From an uncultured Acidobacteriaceae bacterium (GTDB lineage Bacteria > Acidobacteriota > Terriglobia > Terriglobales > Acidobacteriaceae), in contig CAVSBA010000006.1 of the NCBI GenBank assembly GCA_963725975.1, positions 10,799 to 74,798 on the forward strand: 64,000 nucleotides of DNA, written 5' to 3'. Positions 27,569 to 36,753 of the stretch are shown here, in pieces. The position numbers were made by a program, and so were the translations under genes. The number at the start of each line of letters is the position of its first letter. Position 1 is the first letter of the stretch. Under the pieces are notes generated by a model. That model saw only the letters and a program-made list of their open reading frames with translations. It ran no database searches and was not told the origin of the DNA.

Positions 27569-28984
27569 TCAATTCTGAACGGGAGAACTGGGCCGGGTGA
27601 CCACTGCATCCAGAGACATTGGGAACAAGATCCGGATGGTCGCGCCACCCCCGGACCGGTTGGCCGCGGACAGTTCGCCGCCATGAAGCTTCACGGCTCG
27701 ATCGGCAATGGCGAGACCTACTCCGAATCCGCCGGTTTCCGTGCTCCGCGCCCGATCGACCCGGTAGAAGGGGCGAAAAATATCGTTGATGTCGCCGTCG
27801 GGAATTCCAGGACCATGGTCGCTGATTTCTAGGACAGCGGTTCGGTGGCCTTCAATCGGCGAACAGTGGAGGCGGATTTCAACCGCCGATCCAGGTTCTG
27901 TGTAACGCACGGCGTTACGCACCACATTTTCGATGGCGCGGTAGAGCAGCTCGCGGTTGCCTGCGATGGCGCAATCCTCCTCAGCCGCGAAGGAAATCAC
28001 ACTTCGGCGCTGCTGGGCCTCGTACTCAGCGTCGGGAAGGATTTCGTCAATGAGGGTCTTGAGGGAGACGGGCTGAAAGTTTTCACGCTTCTCGGCGGCT
28101 TCCATGGAGGAGAGCTTGAGCAACTGACCGATAAGCTGGTTGAGCTTTTCTGCTTCCCGTTCAATGCGGTTCAGGTGCGCGGTCATTTCCGGAGCGGCAT
28201 CGTCGCGTGCCAGTTCCAGCGCCACGCTGAGTCGTGCCAGAGGGGATCGCAACTCGTGCGAAACGTCTCTGAGCAGCAGGTGCTGGGCATTGACGAGCGA
28301 TTCGAGCCTTGCCGCCATGTGGTTAAAATCATGCACCAGCGCCTTGAACTCGTCTTCGCGGGAGCCTTGCGCCCTCCGCGGCGGAGCTTTAACGCGAGCC
28401 TTCAGGTTTCCCTGCGCCAGTTCCCGAGCCGCCATCCGCAGACGCACCAGGGGGCGCGTGAAGATCAATACCAGCGCGTAGGTGGTCACTCCGCCCACTA
28501 CGATGGCGACCCACAGTTGGGGGAACGCAAACCACAGCATGTCCTGATACCAGTGATGGATCACGGGCACATGCGGCTGGCTGAGCAGCAAGATATAGCG
28601 GGCGCCACTTGTCGATAGGACCGGAATACTCCAGATATACTGCCCACCGTATTGGGCTCCGGAGATGTTGCTTCCATGGATGGGATTCGTCCCTTGCGCC
28701 GACGGATACTGAATCTGCGCGCCACAGACATGGCGATTCTCTCCATCGTCGAGCGCGAGGGTTTGGCTGCGGGCAGCCGCATACGCCTCAAAAGCCGAAC
28801 ATCCGCCCGTCTCGAATGCGTTGACGCTTTGCGTCGCTTCGAGCCGCAGGCTTTTGTGGAGTGTATCGAACACGATTTGCGGGCTAGCCGGGTGATGGCT
28901 CAGGATGAGGGCCGTGGTGATGACAAAGATCAGGCTTTGTGCGATCCAGAAAATAGCGAAGATCTTGAAGAATAGACCGCGCAT
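27569..28984 (-). CDS. HAMP-domain sensor histidine kinase (CpxA-like)
   Basis: Two TM helices, HAMP, DVSHELRSPLARL, ENVVRNA, DHGPG, FRPFYR, GFGVGLAI. Confidence 0.95.
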   Translation of the reverse strand: MRGLFFKIFAIFWIAQSLIFVITTALILSHHPASPQIVFDTLHKSLRLEATQSVNAFETGGCSAFEAYAAARSQTLALDDGENRHVCGAQIQYPSAQGTNPIHGSNISGAQYGGQYIWSIPVLSTSGARYILLLSQPHVPVIHHWYQDMLWFAFPQLWVAIVVGGVTTYALVLIFTRPLVRLRMAARELAQGNLKARVKAPPRRAQGSREDEFKALVHDFNHMAARLESLVNAQHLLLRDVSHELRSPLARLSVALELARDDAAPEMTAHLNRIEREAEKLNQLIGQLLKLSSMEAAEKRENFQPVSLKTLIDEILPDAEYEAQQRRSVISFAAEEDCAIAGNRELLYRAIENVVRNAVRYTEPGSAVEIRLHCSPIEGHRTAVLEISDHGPGIPDGDINDIFRPFYRVDRARSTETGGFGVGLAIADRAVKLHGGELSAANRSGGGATIRILFPMSLDAVVTRPSSPVQN

Positions 28985-28987
28985 GGC

Positions 28988-29698
28988 TCAGCTCAGCCTC
29001 TCTATGGCAGTGCGGTGGACAAGCAGTTGATAGCCGGCTCCGCGAATGGTCTTCACCCGATCGCCGCTGGAGCTGACTTCATCGAGCTTGCGGCGAAGGC
29101 GGCTTACGTGCATATCCAGGCTGCGATCGAAGGGATTGAAGTTACGGCCGAGCACGCATTGCGCCAGGTCTTCGCGTGATACCGCTTTGCCCGGAGAGCG
29201 CATCAACGCCTCCAGCAGCGCGAACTCCACATCGGTGAGCTCGACCTGCATGCCCTTGCTGAGCACGGTGCGCGCGGCGGGGTCCAGTTCCATATCGTCC
29301 ACGCGCAGGATGGTCTTTTCGGCGGTCTGCTCGGCGGGGTTCCTCCTGCGCAAGATGGCGCGCATGCGCGCCAGCAGTTCACGCGGATTAAAGGGCTTGG
29401 GCAGATAGTCGTCGGCTCCGATCTCCAGGCCCACGATGCGGTCCACGTCATCGCCGCGTGCGGTGAGCAGGAGCACGCTTACCCGCGATGCGCTGCGCAG
29501 TTGTTTGAGCACCTCAAAGCCGTCCAGCCCCGGCAGCATGACGTCGAGGAGAATCAGCGGCCAGGGTTTCTCCAGCGCAACCTTCAAACCGGTGTCTCCG
29601 CGATGCGCGGACACAACCCTGAAGCCATAGCGCCCCAGGTACTCGGTAAGCATCGAGCAAAGCTCGGCATCGTCGTCGATAAGCAGAATGTCTTCCAC
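28988..29698 (-). CDS. OmpR-family response regulator (CpxR-like)
   Basis: LLIDDD, LLDVMLP, LTARG, YLPKPF, PFDRSLDMHVSRLRRK, KTIRGAGY. Confidence 0.95.
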   Translation of the reverse strand: MEDILLIDDDAELCSMLTEYLGRYGFRVVSAHRGDTGLKVALEKPWPLILLDVMLPGLDGFEVLKQLRSASRVSVLLLTARGDDVDRIVGLEIGADDYLPKPFNPRELLARMRAILRRRNPAEQTAEKTILRVDDMELDPAARTVLSKGMQVELTDVEFALLEALMRSPGKAVSREDLAQCVLGRNFNPFDRSLDMHVSRLRRKLDEVSSSGDRVKTIRGAGYQLLVHRTAIERLS

Positions 29699-29751
29699 GG
29701 CGCCCCTGCTTCGAGCCTACCGCCGCTACCGCCTTCCGGATCAGGAAAAAT

Positions 29752-29807
29752 GTAACAAATCGTCACGATCGGGTGACACTTCATTACACGACATTACCTT
29801 TTATGAC
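29752..29807. promoter_or_regulatory. Array of 10-bp-phased pentamers (CpxR/OmpR-type boxes) in the divergent promoter
   Basis: GTAAC(29752), GTCAC(29762); then in the opposite orientation GTGAC(29773), ATTAC(29783), ATTAC(29793), ATGAC(29803). Confidence 0.65.
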
Positions 29808-29873
29808 CGCGTAGCCAGCCGATTGAGGTTCTTCTTGAAATAGCCGCTGTTGTTGCATCGGAGGTTATTTCCC

Positions 29874-32729
29874 ATGAGAAGAACCCTTGCTTTCGGTATT
29901 TATTTTGCACTGCTGCTGGGCTGCGCAATCGGCTCCGGGGCGCAAACCCTCACGAGCGCTGTGCACGGCACGGTCACGGACCCCTCTGGCGCGATCATCC
30001 CATCTGCCACTGTGGTTCTGACCAACGATAGCGGCGGCTCGAAGACTGCGTCCACAGGAAAAGACGGCGGCTTCGCATTCGATCGCCTGCCGCCCGGCCG
30101 TTATTCAGTATCCGTGACCGCTCCCGGATTTGCCCCGGCGAGTGTCCCCGACATTATGGTCTTTGCGGGCAAGAGCACTGCGGCCAACGTTACCCTTGAG
30201 CTTCCGGTAGAGCACCAGCAGGTGCAAGTCACCGCCCAGGGGTTGAGTGTAGATACCAGCGCGGATAACAACGCCAGCGCCATCGTGATCAAGGGCAAGG
30301 ACCTGGATGCGCTCTCCGACGATCCGGATGAAATGCAAAGTGAATTGACGGCTCTGGCCGGTCCTTCGGCGGGCCCCAACGGCGGCCAGATTTACATCGA
30401 TGGTTTCAGCGGCGGGCAGCTCCCGCCGAAATCTTCGATCCGCGAAATCCGCATCAACCAGAACCCCTTTTCCGCGCAGTACGACAAGCTCGGCTACGGA
30501 CGCATCGAGATTCTGACTAAGCCGGGCACCGACAAGTTCCATGGCATGTTCATGGTCATGGGCAACGATTCCACGTTCAACTCGCTGAATCCCTTCGTCA
30601 CCAATGAACCGCCCTACTACACGACCTTCATGGTGGGGAACGCGAGCGGTGCGCTCGGCAAAAAGGCATCCTGGTTCGTGAACGTTTTCGACCGCAACAA
30701 CCAGTCGAATTCCATTATTAACGCCGAGCTGTTGAATGCGAGCGGTGCCGCGTACAACTATACGGACGCAGTATCCAATCCGCAGTCGCGGCTTGACGTG
30801 AGCCCGCGCTTCGATGTCCAGTTGGGCAGCAACAACACGCTCAGTGTGCGGTACATGTTCAACCGCGAGGCAGAGACTGATAGCGGCGTATCGCAGTTCG
30901 CGCTGCAGACTCAGGGATACAACGTTGCCAACTACGAGAACACGCTGCAGGTCAGCGACACGCAGATCTTGAGCAGCAAGGTGGTCAATGAGACGCGGTT
31001 TCAATACACCGCCGATCGCGACAGCCAGTTGGCGCAAAACAATACGCCCACGGTCACCGTGCAGGGGGCGTTTACGGGCGGCGGAAACAATCAGGGTTCG
31101 GTGCGCGACAGCCAGGATCGCTACGAGCTGCAGAACTACGTGACGGCGGCCGAAGGCAAGCACGCGATCAATTTCGGCGCGCGCCTGCGCCTCACGCATG
31201 ACGTGAACGACTCGACATCGGGATTCAACGGCAGCTATATCTATCAGTCGCTGACCGCCTATGCCGCCGGCACGCCCTCGGAGTACGACGTCACCACCGG
31301 TCTGGAAGCAGCGCGAGTGAACCTTTTCGATGCCGGTGTGTTCTATCAGGACGATTACCGGGCGCGCTCAAACCTGACGCTGAGCTATGGGCTGCGCTTC
31401 GAATCGCAAAATCGGATCAGCGACCATGCAGACTGGGCTCCTCGCTTTTCTTTTGCCTGGGCGCCGGCGGGTAATCACGGCCAACCCGCTAAAACGGTAA
31501 TCCGCGGAGGCTATGGCTGGTTCTTCGATCGCTTTGAGTCGAACTATGTTCTCAATGCTGTCCGTCAGAACGGTCTCAATCAGCAGCAATACGTCGTCAA
31601 GAATCCGGGCTTCACCCAGAATGCGCCTGCGCCTTCCACACTGGCCTCCCTCAGCGCGGTTGCTCCCACCCTTGTGCAGGTTGCGCCCCATCTCAAGGCT
31701 GAGGTCAACATGCAGGCCGCGGTTGGAGTTGAACACCAGTTCGGCAAGATCGCCACAGCATCCGTTACCTACATCAATTCACATGGCGTGCATCAATACC
31801 TGAGCGACAATATCAATGCCTTTCTGCCCGGAACCTACGATCAGGCCACCGGCACCGGGACCCGCCCCAACGGCATCAACGAGAACATCGACGAGTTTCA
31901 ATCGGGGGGGCTCTATAACCAGAACCAGATCGTGCTGAATTACAGCGTGCGCGCCAAACGGGTCTCGCTGTTTGGCTTCTATATGGTGAATTTCTCCAAG
32001 GCCGACACGGCGGGAGCGACTTATTTTCCGTCCGATCAATTCGATCCGCACGCCGATTACGGCCGCGCCAGCTTTGACGTCCGCAATCGCTTTCTGGTTG
32101 GGGGCAATCTGCAGGGGCCGTTCGGCGTATCTCTCAGCCCCTTCATGGTGGTCAATTCCGGGACGCCGTTCAACATCACCATCGGTCAGGATCTAAATGG
32201 CGACAACCAGTACAATGACCGCCCGGCATACGCTACCGCGGGCAGCACCGACACGCTTTCGACCAGCTTCGGGACTTTCGATCTTAATCCGGGAGCAAAT
32301 GAGACGGCGATCCCCTTCGACATGGGCGACGGTCCGTCGCAGCTGAGCTTGAATCTGCGGGTCAGCAAATCGATTGGCCTGGGTCCGCGCGTCCAAGGCG
32401 GAGCGGGCGGAGCCTTCGGCGGACCGCGCGGTGGTGGCCCTCCAGGTGGTGGTGGCCCCCGGGGTGGTGGCCCTCCCGGAGGAGGTCTCGGCCCCGGCGG
32501 TCTGAGTGGATCGGGCGGTCCTCCTCGTTTCGACCAGGAGCTGCCGCGGCGCTATTCGCTGACCCTGGGCGCGATGGCGAGGAACGTCTTCAACAACGTG
32601 AATCTCGCGCAGCCGGTGGGTGTGCTCGAATCGCCCCTGTTCGACAAGTCCAATGCCTTGTCCGGAGGCTTTTTCTCTTCGCCGGCCGCCAATCGCAGCA
32701 TCGATCTACAGATGAGCTTCAGTTTCTGA
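29874..32729 (+). CDS. TonB-dependent-receptor-like (Oar-type) outer-membrane protein with N-terminal carboxypeptidase-regulatory-like domain
   Basis: Signal peptide; GTVTDPSGA.IP.A.V...G.Y.V.V.APGF; FYQDD...NLTLSYGLRFE, PRFSFAW, IRGGYGWF; C-terminal Phe; GGAGG RBS. Confidence 0.9.
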   Translation: MRRTLAFGIYFALLLGCAIGSGAQTLTSAVHGTVTDPSGAIIPSATVVLTNDSGGSKTASTGKDGGFAFDRLPPGRYSVSVTAPGFAPASVPDIMVFAGKSTAANVTLELPVEHQQVQVTAQGLSVDTSADNNASAIVIKGKDLDALSDDPDEMQSELTALAGPSAGPNGGQIYIDGFSGGQLPPKSSIREIRINQNPFSAQYDKLGYGRIEILTKPGTDKFHGMFMVMGNDSTFNSLNPFVTNEPPYYTTFMVGNASGALGKKASWFVNVFDRNNQSNSIINAELLNASGAAYNYTDAVSNPQSRLDVSPRFDVQLGSNNTLSVRYMFNREAETDSGVSQFALQTQGYNVANYENTLQVSDTQILSSKVVNETRFQYTADRDSQLAQNNTPTVTVQGAFTGGGNNQGSVRDSQDRYELQNYVTAAEGKHAINFGARLRLTHDVNDSTSGFNGSYIYQSLTAYAAGTPSEYDVTTGLEAARVNLFDAGVFYQDDYRARSNLTLSYGLRFESQNRISDHADWAPRFSFAWAPAGNHGQPAKTVIRGGYGWFFDRFESNYVLNAVRQNGLNQQQYVVKNPGFTQNAPAPSTLASLSAVAPTLVQVAPHLKAEVNMQAAVGVEHQFGKIATASVTYINSHGVHQYLSDNINAFLPGTYDQATGTGTRPNGINENIDEFQSGGLYNQNQIVLNYSVRAKRVSLFGFYMVNFSKADTAGATYFPSDQFDPHADYGRASFDVRNRFLVGGNLQGPFGVSLSPFMVVNSGTPFNITIGQDLNGDNQYNDRPAYATAGSTDTLSTSFGTFDLNPGANETAIPFDMGDGPSQLSLNLRVSKSIGLGPRVQGGAGGAFGGPRGGGPPGGGGPRGGGPPGGGLGPGGLSGSGGPPRFDQELPRRYSLTLGAMARNVFNNVNLAQPVGVLESPLFDKSNALSGGFFSSPAANRSIDLQMSFSF
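32398..32525 (+). repeat. Gly/Pro-rich low-complexity repeat inside the receptor gene
   Basis: Repeated GGTGGTGGCCC units encoding GGPRGGGPPGGGGPRGGGPPGGGLGPGG. Confidence 0.8.
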
Positions 32730-32861
32730 AGAGCGCGGAGTCGCCCCGCGGTAAGCGGGATGGGCAGGCCGGAGGATCGTCCCCGATCCCGGCCGGCCCG
32801 GTCGACTCGGCGAGCCGTCCTGCTGCAGCTCTCCGCCAGATTTTTGGGGTGATCGGCTAGG

Positions 32862-32890
32862 CCGACAGCCACAACGGGGCGTGGTATTGT
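32862..32890 (+). promoter_or_regulatory. Candidate sigma70 extended -10 promoter
   Basis: CCGACA-N17-TATTGT with TG at 32882-32883. Confidence 0.45.
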
Positions 32891-32986
32891 TGTTGTGCCT
32901 CCGAAAATCGCCATTCCAGGTCTCGAGTTCGAGGCTTGAGTGACCACCGGTCTTCGGGGTCGCGGTACTGGTGCAATCATTGAAAC

Positions 32987-33042
32987 GGCCGTTCCGTTGC
33001 GCCGGTCCCCTGCGGACTGGCGCGTGCGGGACGGCCTTTTTT
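32987..33042 (+). terminator. Intrinsic terminator 34 nt upstream of the GH106 start codon
   Basis: GGCCGTTCCG/CGGGACGGCC outer stem, GCGCCGGTCC/GGACTGGCGC inner stem, then T6. Confidence 0.75.
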
Positions 33043-33076
33043 GTGCAGGCAAACAGAATGTGCGCGGGAGAAAGAC

Positions 33077-36000
33077 ATGGACTTTCGCTTGAAGAAGATG
33101 CTTTTGTTGTTTTCGCTAGCAACGTTAACGGCGCTGACGTGCGCCGCGCAGGACCCGACGGACAAGTTGTTAATTCAATTTGAGAACCCGCCGCAGAGTG
33201 CTCATCCTCGCGTTTGGTGGCATTGGATGAACGGCAACATCACCAGGGAGGGAATCACGCTGGACCTGAATTGGATGCACCGGGTGGGCATTGCGGGATT
33301 CCAAAACTTTGACGCGGCGCTCGATACTCCGCAGGTAGTAGAGCATCGGCTTTCCTACATGACGCCCGAATGGAAGGGCGCCTTCAAATATGCGATCGAG
33401 TATGGTAACGACCTGGGGATGGAAGAAGCCATTGCCGGTTCGCCGGGTTGGAGCGAATCGGGCGGCCCCTGGGTCACGGGGCCTGAAGGAATGAAAAAGT
33501 ACGTGTGGAGCGAAACCACGATCCAGGGAGGAAAGGCTTTCAAGGGAACCCTGGCATCGCCGCCGCGGAACACGGGTGCTTTTCAGAATATCGGTATCCA
33601 GGATATCGATCTTGGAACACCAAAGATCCACCCTATTCCGGAATATTATGCCGATTCCGTCGTAGTGGCATTCCGCGAGCCTGCGGCAGATATTTCGATT
33701 GCATCGCTAGCGCCCAAGGTCACCTGGAGCAGCGGGACGCTTGATCCCGGGATGCTGTCTGACGGGGACTTGGCAAAAGCGACGGGCCTGCCCATTCCGG
33801 AGGTGGGTCAAAAGTCCTGGATTCAGTACACGTATTCCAAGGCCGTCACGATCAGCAGTATTACATTTGCTGTGAAATCTCTGGACGACACGGTGGCGGC
33901 GGTCTACGGTATTACGGCGCCCAAGGGGGCTCTGGAATCGAGCAATGACGGAAAATCCTGGCACGAAGTTACCGAACTTTCGGTGGACAACGCGCCTGAA
34001 ACAACCATCTCATTTCCTGGCGTTAGTGCGAAGTACTTCCGCGTGACGCTTTTGCGGCTGCAAGCGCCGCCGGCGCCGGACTGGGCCAAAAACCTTGACG
34101 CTGACGCGTTAACGAAAAAGTATGGTCCCGCCCCGTCGAACTATGAAATTACCGAGTTGGTGTTGCATCCGGGCGTGCGCGTGAACCACTTTGAGGAAAA
34201 AGCGGCCTTTGTGCCGGTGGAGGACCTGTATCCATTGGCAACGCCGAACGCCGACAAGAACGATGTCATCTCCAAAAACGGCGTGATCGATCTGACTGCG
34301 AAGATGCAACCCGACGGCACGCTCGCTTGGACACCTCCAGCGGGCAAGTGGATTGTGCTGCGCTTTGGCTATTCGCTGCTGGGAATCACCAATCATCCGG
34401 CAACCGCAGAAGCGACAGGCCTGGAAGTCGACAAGATGGACAGGCGCTTTGTGAAGCATTACATGGAAACCTATCTGGACAGCTACAAGGAGACCCTGGG
34501 GCCGGACTTGATGGGGAAGCACGGACTGACTTACGTGGTCAACGACAGCTGGGAAGCTGGTGCCGAAAACTGGACGGATAATATGATCGCTCAGTTTAAA
34601 AAGCTGCGCGGTTATGATCCTGTTCCCTGGATGCCCGTTCTGACGGGCAGGGTGGTGGAGAGTTCCCAGGCCAGCGACCGCTTTCTCTGGGATTTTCGCG
34701 AAACCATTGCCGACCTGATTGCGACCGAGCACTATGGCCAGCTTGAGGACACGCTGCACGCCTACGGCCTGGGACATTACAGCGAGTCCCACGAGGGCGG
34801 ACGTGCGCTTGTGGCGGATGGAATGGAAGTGAAGAAGTACAGCGAAGTGCCCATGAGCGCCTTGTGGGTTCATGATCCGGCAGTCTTCGCAGATCAACCT
34901 GGTTATAACGCCGACGATCGCGAATCGGCATCGGTGGCGCATATCTACGGCCAGAACCTCGCCGCTGCCGAGTCGCTGACGACTTGCGATTCTACTGCGG
35001 CCTGGGCATGGTCACCGGCGACACTGAAGCCCGCGGCCGACGCCGAGTTCCTGAATGGCATCAACCGTTTTGTCATTCACGAATCTGCCCACCAGCCCTT
35101 AATTGGCAAGGCTCCGGGGATGACGCTGGGGCCCTGCGGGCAGTGGTTCAACCGCAACGAGACGTGGGCCGACCAGGCCAAGCCTTGGGTGGATTACCTT
35201 TCCCGCACCAGCTTCCTGCTGCAACAGGGACATTTTGGAGCCGATCTTCTTTACTTTTACGGTGAAAATTCGAACCTGACCGCGGAGTTTGGGGAGAAGG
35301 CTCCTGAAATTCCTGCCGGATACGGATTTGACTACGTGAATGCCGACGCTCTCATTCACGAGCTGTCGGTATCGGGAAACACCATCATGACTCCGAGCGG
35401 CATGAACTACCGCTTGCTCGCGCTTGATCCTTACAGCCGTCACATGTCGCTGCCGGCATTACGCGCAATCCATCAACTGGTCGAAGACGGCGCGACTGTG
35501 GCCGGTCCCAAACCTACAGATGACCCCAGTCTCGCCGATGATCAGGCGGAATTCACTAAGCTGAACAACGAACTCTTCGGCGATGGATCGGGCGTTCATC
35601 AAGTAGGGAAGGGAACGGTCTACGCGGGCATGGATCTGCATTCGGTCTTTGCCGCTCTTCAAGTAGCTCCCGATTTCGACTACACAAAGCCCGAGGCTGA
35701 TACCAGCCTGCAATTTATTCACCGCAAGCTTGCTGACGTTGATCTTTACTTTGTCGTCAATCGCAGCGAGCGAACCGAAAAGGTTGACGCTACGTTCCGC
35801 GTCTCCGGTCGCGAGGCCGAACTCTGGCATTCCGATAGCGGCCAGACCGAATCGGCATCGTTCACCATGGCCGGGGGCCGCACCACCGTCCCGCTCACGC
35901 TGGGCCCGTGGGGCAGCGTCTTTGTCGTCTTCCGCAAAGCAACGCAAGAGACATCGCGGACCATGCCGGCGATGAGCGAGACAGCGCTCGCGTCGATCGA

Positions 36001-36472
36001 CGGACCGTGGATGGTCAATTTCCAGCCCGGTCGTGGCGCACCGGCTTCCATCACCGTTGACAACCTGGCGTCCTGGACCGATAGCGCTGACTCCGGCGTG
36101 AAATATTTCTCCGGAACCGGCACCTACGTTAAAACCATCAACGCTCCGGCAGCATGGTTTGCGGCCGGCGCTCACATCTGGATTGATTTAGGCGAGGTGC
36201 GCAATCTGGCTGAGGTTTCGATCAACGGCGACTCGCTGGGGCAGGTATGGCACGCGCCTTTCCGGCTGGACGCCACCGCTGCATTGCATCCGGGGGAGAA
36301 CGAAATCACGGTCAAAGTCACCAATGCCTGGGTCAACCGTCTCATTGGCGACCAACAACCCGATGCTGTGAAGATTACCTTCGCCGACGATACGCCCTAT
36401 AACGCGAACTCACATCTGCAGACGTCGGGTCTACTGGGGCCCGTGCGTATCTACTCAACCACCGTTCAGTAA
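33077..36472 (+). CDS. Secreted alpha-L-rhamnosidase, GH106-like
   Basis: FENPP.SAHPRVWWHWMNGNIT.EGI..DL, SPGWSESGGPW, DSWEAG, SASVAHIYG, GINRFVIH, VTNAWVNRLIGD, SGLLGPV. Confidence 0.9.
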   Translation: MDFRLKKMLLLFSLATLTALTCAAQDPTDKLLIQFENPPQSAHPRVWWHWMNGNITREGITLDLNWMHRVGIAGFQNFDAALDTPQVVEHRLSYMTPEWKGAFKYAIEYGNDLGMEEAIAGSPGWSESGGPWVTGPEGMKKYVWSETTIQGGKAFKGTLASPPRNTGAFQNIGIQDIDLGTPKIHPIPEYYADSVVVAFREPAADISIASLAPKVTWSSGTLDPGMLSDGDLAKATGLPIPEVGQKSWIQYTYSKAVTISSITFAVKSLDDTVAAVYGITAPKGALESSNDGKSWHEVTELSVDNAPETTISFPGVSAKYFRVTLLRLQAPPAPDWAKNLDADALTKKYGPAPSNYEITELVLHPGVRVNHFEEKAAFVPVEDLYPLATPNADKNDVISKNGVIDLTAKMQPDGTLAWTPPAGKWIVLRFGYSLLGITNHPATAEATGLEVDKMDRRFVKHYMETYLDSYKETLGPDLMGKHGLTYVVNDSWEAGAENWTDNMIAQFKKLRGYDPVPWMPVLTGRVVESSQASDRFLWDFRETIADLIATEHYGQLEDTLHAYGLGHYSESHEGGRALVADGMEVKKYSEVPMSALWVHDPAVFADQPGYNADDRESASVAHIYGQNLAAAESLTTCDSTAAWAWSPATLKPAADAEFLNGINRFVIHESAHQPLIGKAPGMTLGPCGQWFNRNETWADQAKPWVDYLSRTSFLLQQGHFGADLLYFYGENSNLTAEFGEKAPEIPAGYGFDYVNADALIHELSVSGNTIMTPSGMNYRLLALDPYSRHMSLPALRAIHQLVEDGATVAGPKPTDDPSLADDQAEFTKLNNELFGDGSGVHQVGKGTVYAGMDLHSVFAALQVAPDFDYTKPEADTSLQFIHRKLADVDLYFVVNRSERTEKVDATFRVSGREAELWHSDSGQTESASFTMAGGRTTVPLTLGPWGSVFVVFRKATQETSRTMPAMSETALASIDGPWMVNFQPGRGAPASITVDNLASWTDSADSGVKYFSGTGTYVKTINAPAAWFAAGAHIWIDLGEVRNLAEVSINGDSLGQVWHAPFRLDATAALHPGENEITVKVTNAWVNRLIGDQQPDAVKITFADDTPYNANSHLQTSGLLGPVRIYSTTVQ

Positions 36473-36557
36473 GGAAGAGCGGAGATCTCGACCCAAACAA
36501 CAGCGGATGCCTGTTGCAATATCTGGGAGAGACTTCAGGAATGCATTAAATTTCACG

Positions 36558-36590
36558 TCCCCGCCGGAACACCGGCGGGGATTTTATTAT
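36558..36590 (+). terminator. Intrinsic terminator after GH106
   Basis: TCCCCGCCGG-AACA-CCGGCGGGGA followed by TTTTATTAT. Confidence 0.8.
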
Positions 36591-36629
36591 TCCCCTGAAT
36601 CATCCTGTGAGCGCCGTTGAGCTCTCGAA

Positions 36630-36751
36630 CTGGTCGCATAAATGGTGTTTTGAAAGGGCACGGCTTCAGCCGTGCCGCAGACGGCCGATAAACAGCGGGC
36701 TTCAGCCCCTGAGGGATGCTCTCAGAGAGGTCGAATTCATTTATGCACCAG
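36630..36751. mobile_element. MITE/REP-like element with terminal inverted repeats and two internal palindromes
   Basis: Ends CTGGTCGCATAAATG / CATTTATGC-ACCAG; internal GGCACGGCT-TC-AGCCGTGCC (36657-36676) and GGGCT-TC-AGCCC (36697-36708). Confidence 0.6.
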
Positions 36752-36753
36752 CC

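Noticed and set aside
30105-31199. Long antisense ORFs (also 59354-60460, 61894-62793, 34109-34942, 62992-63699 and others)
   Set aside because: Shadows of well-supported genes in GC-rich DNA, with no family motifs.
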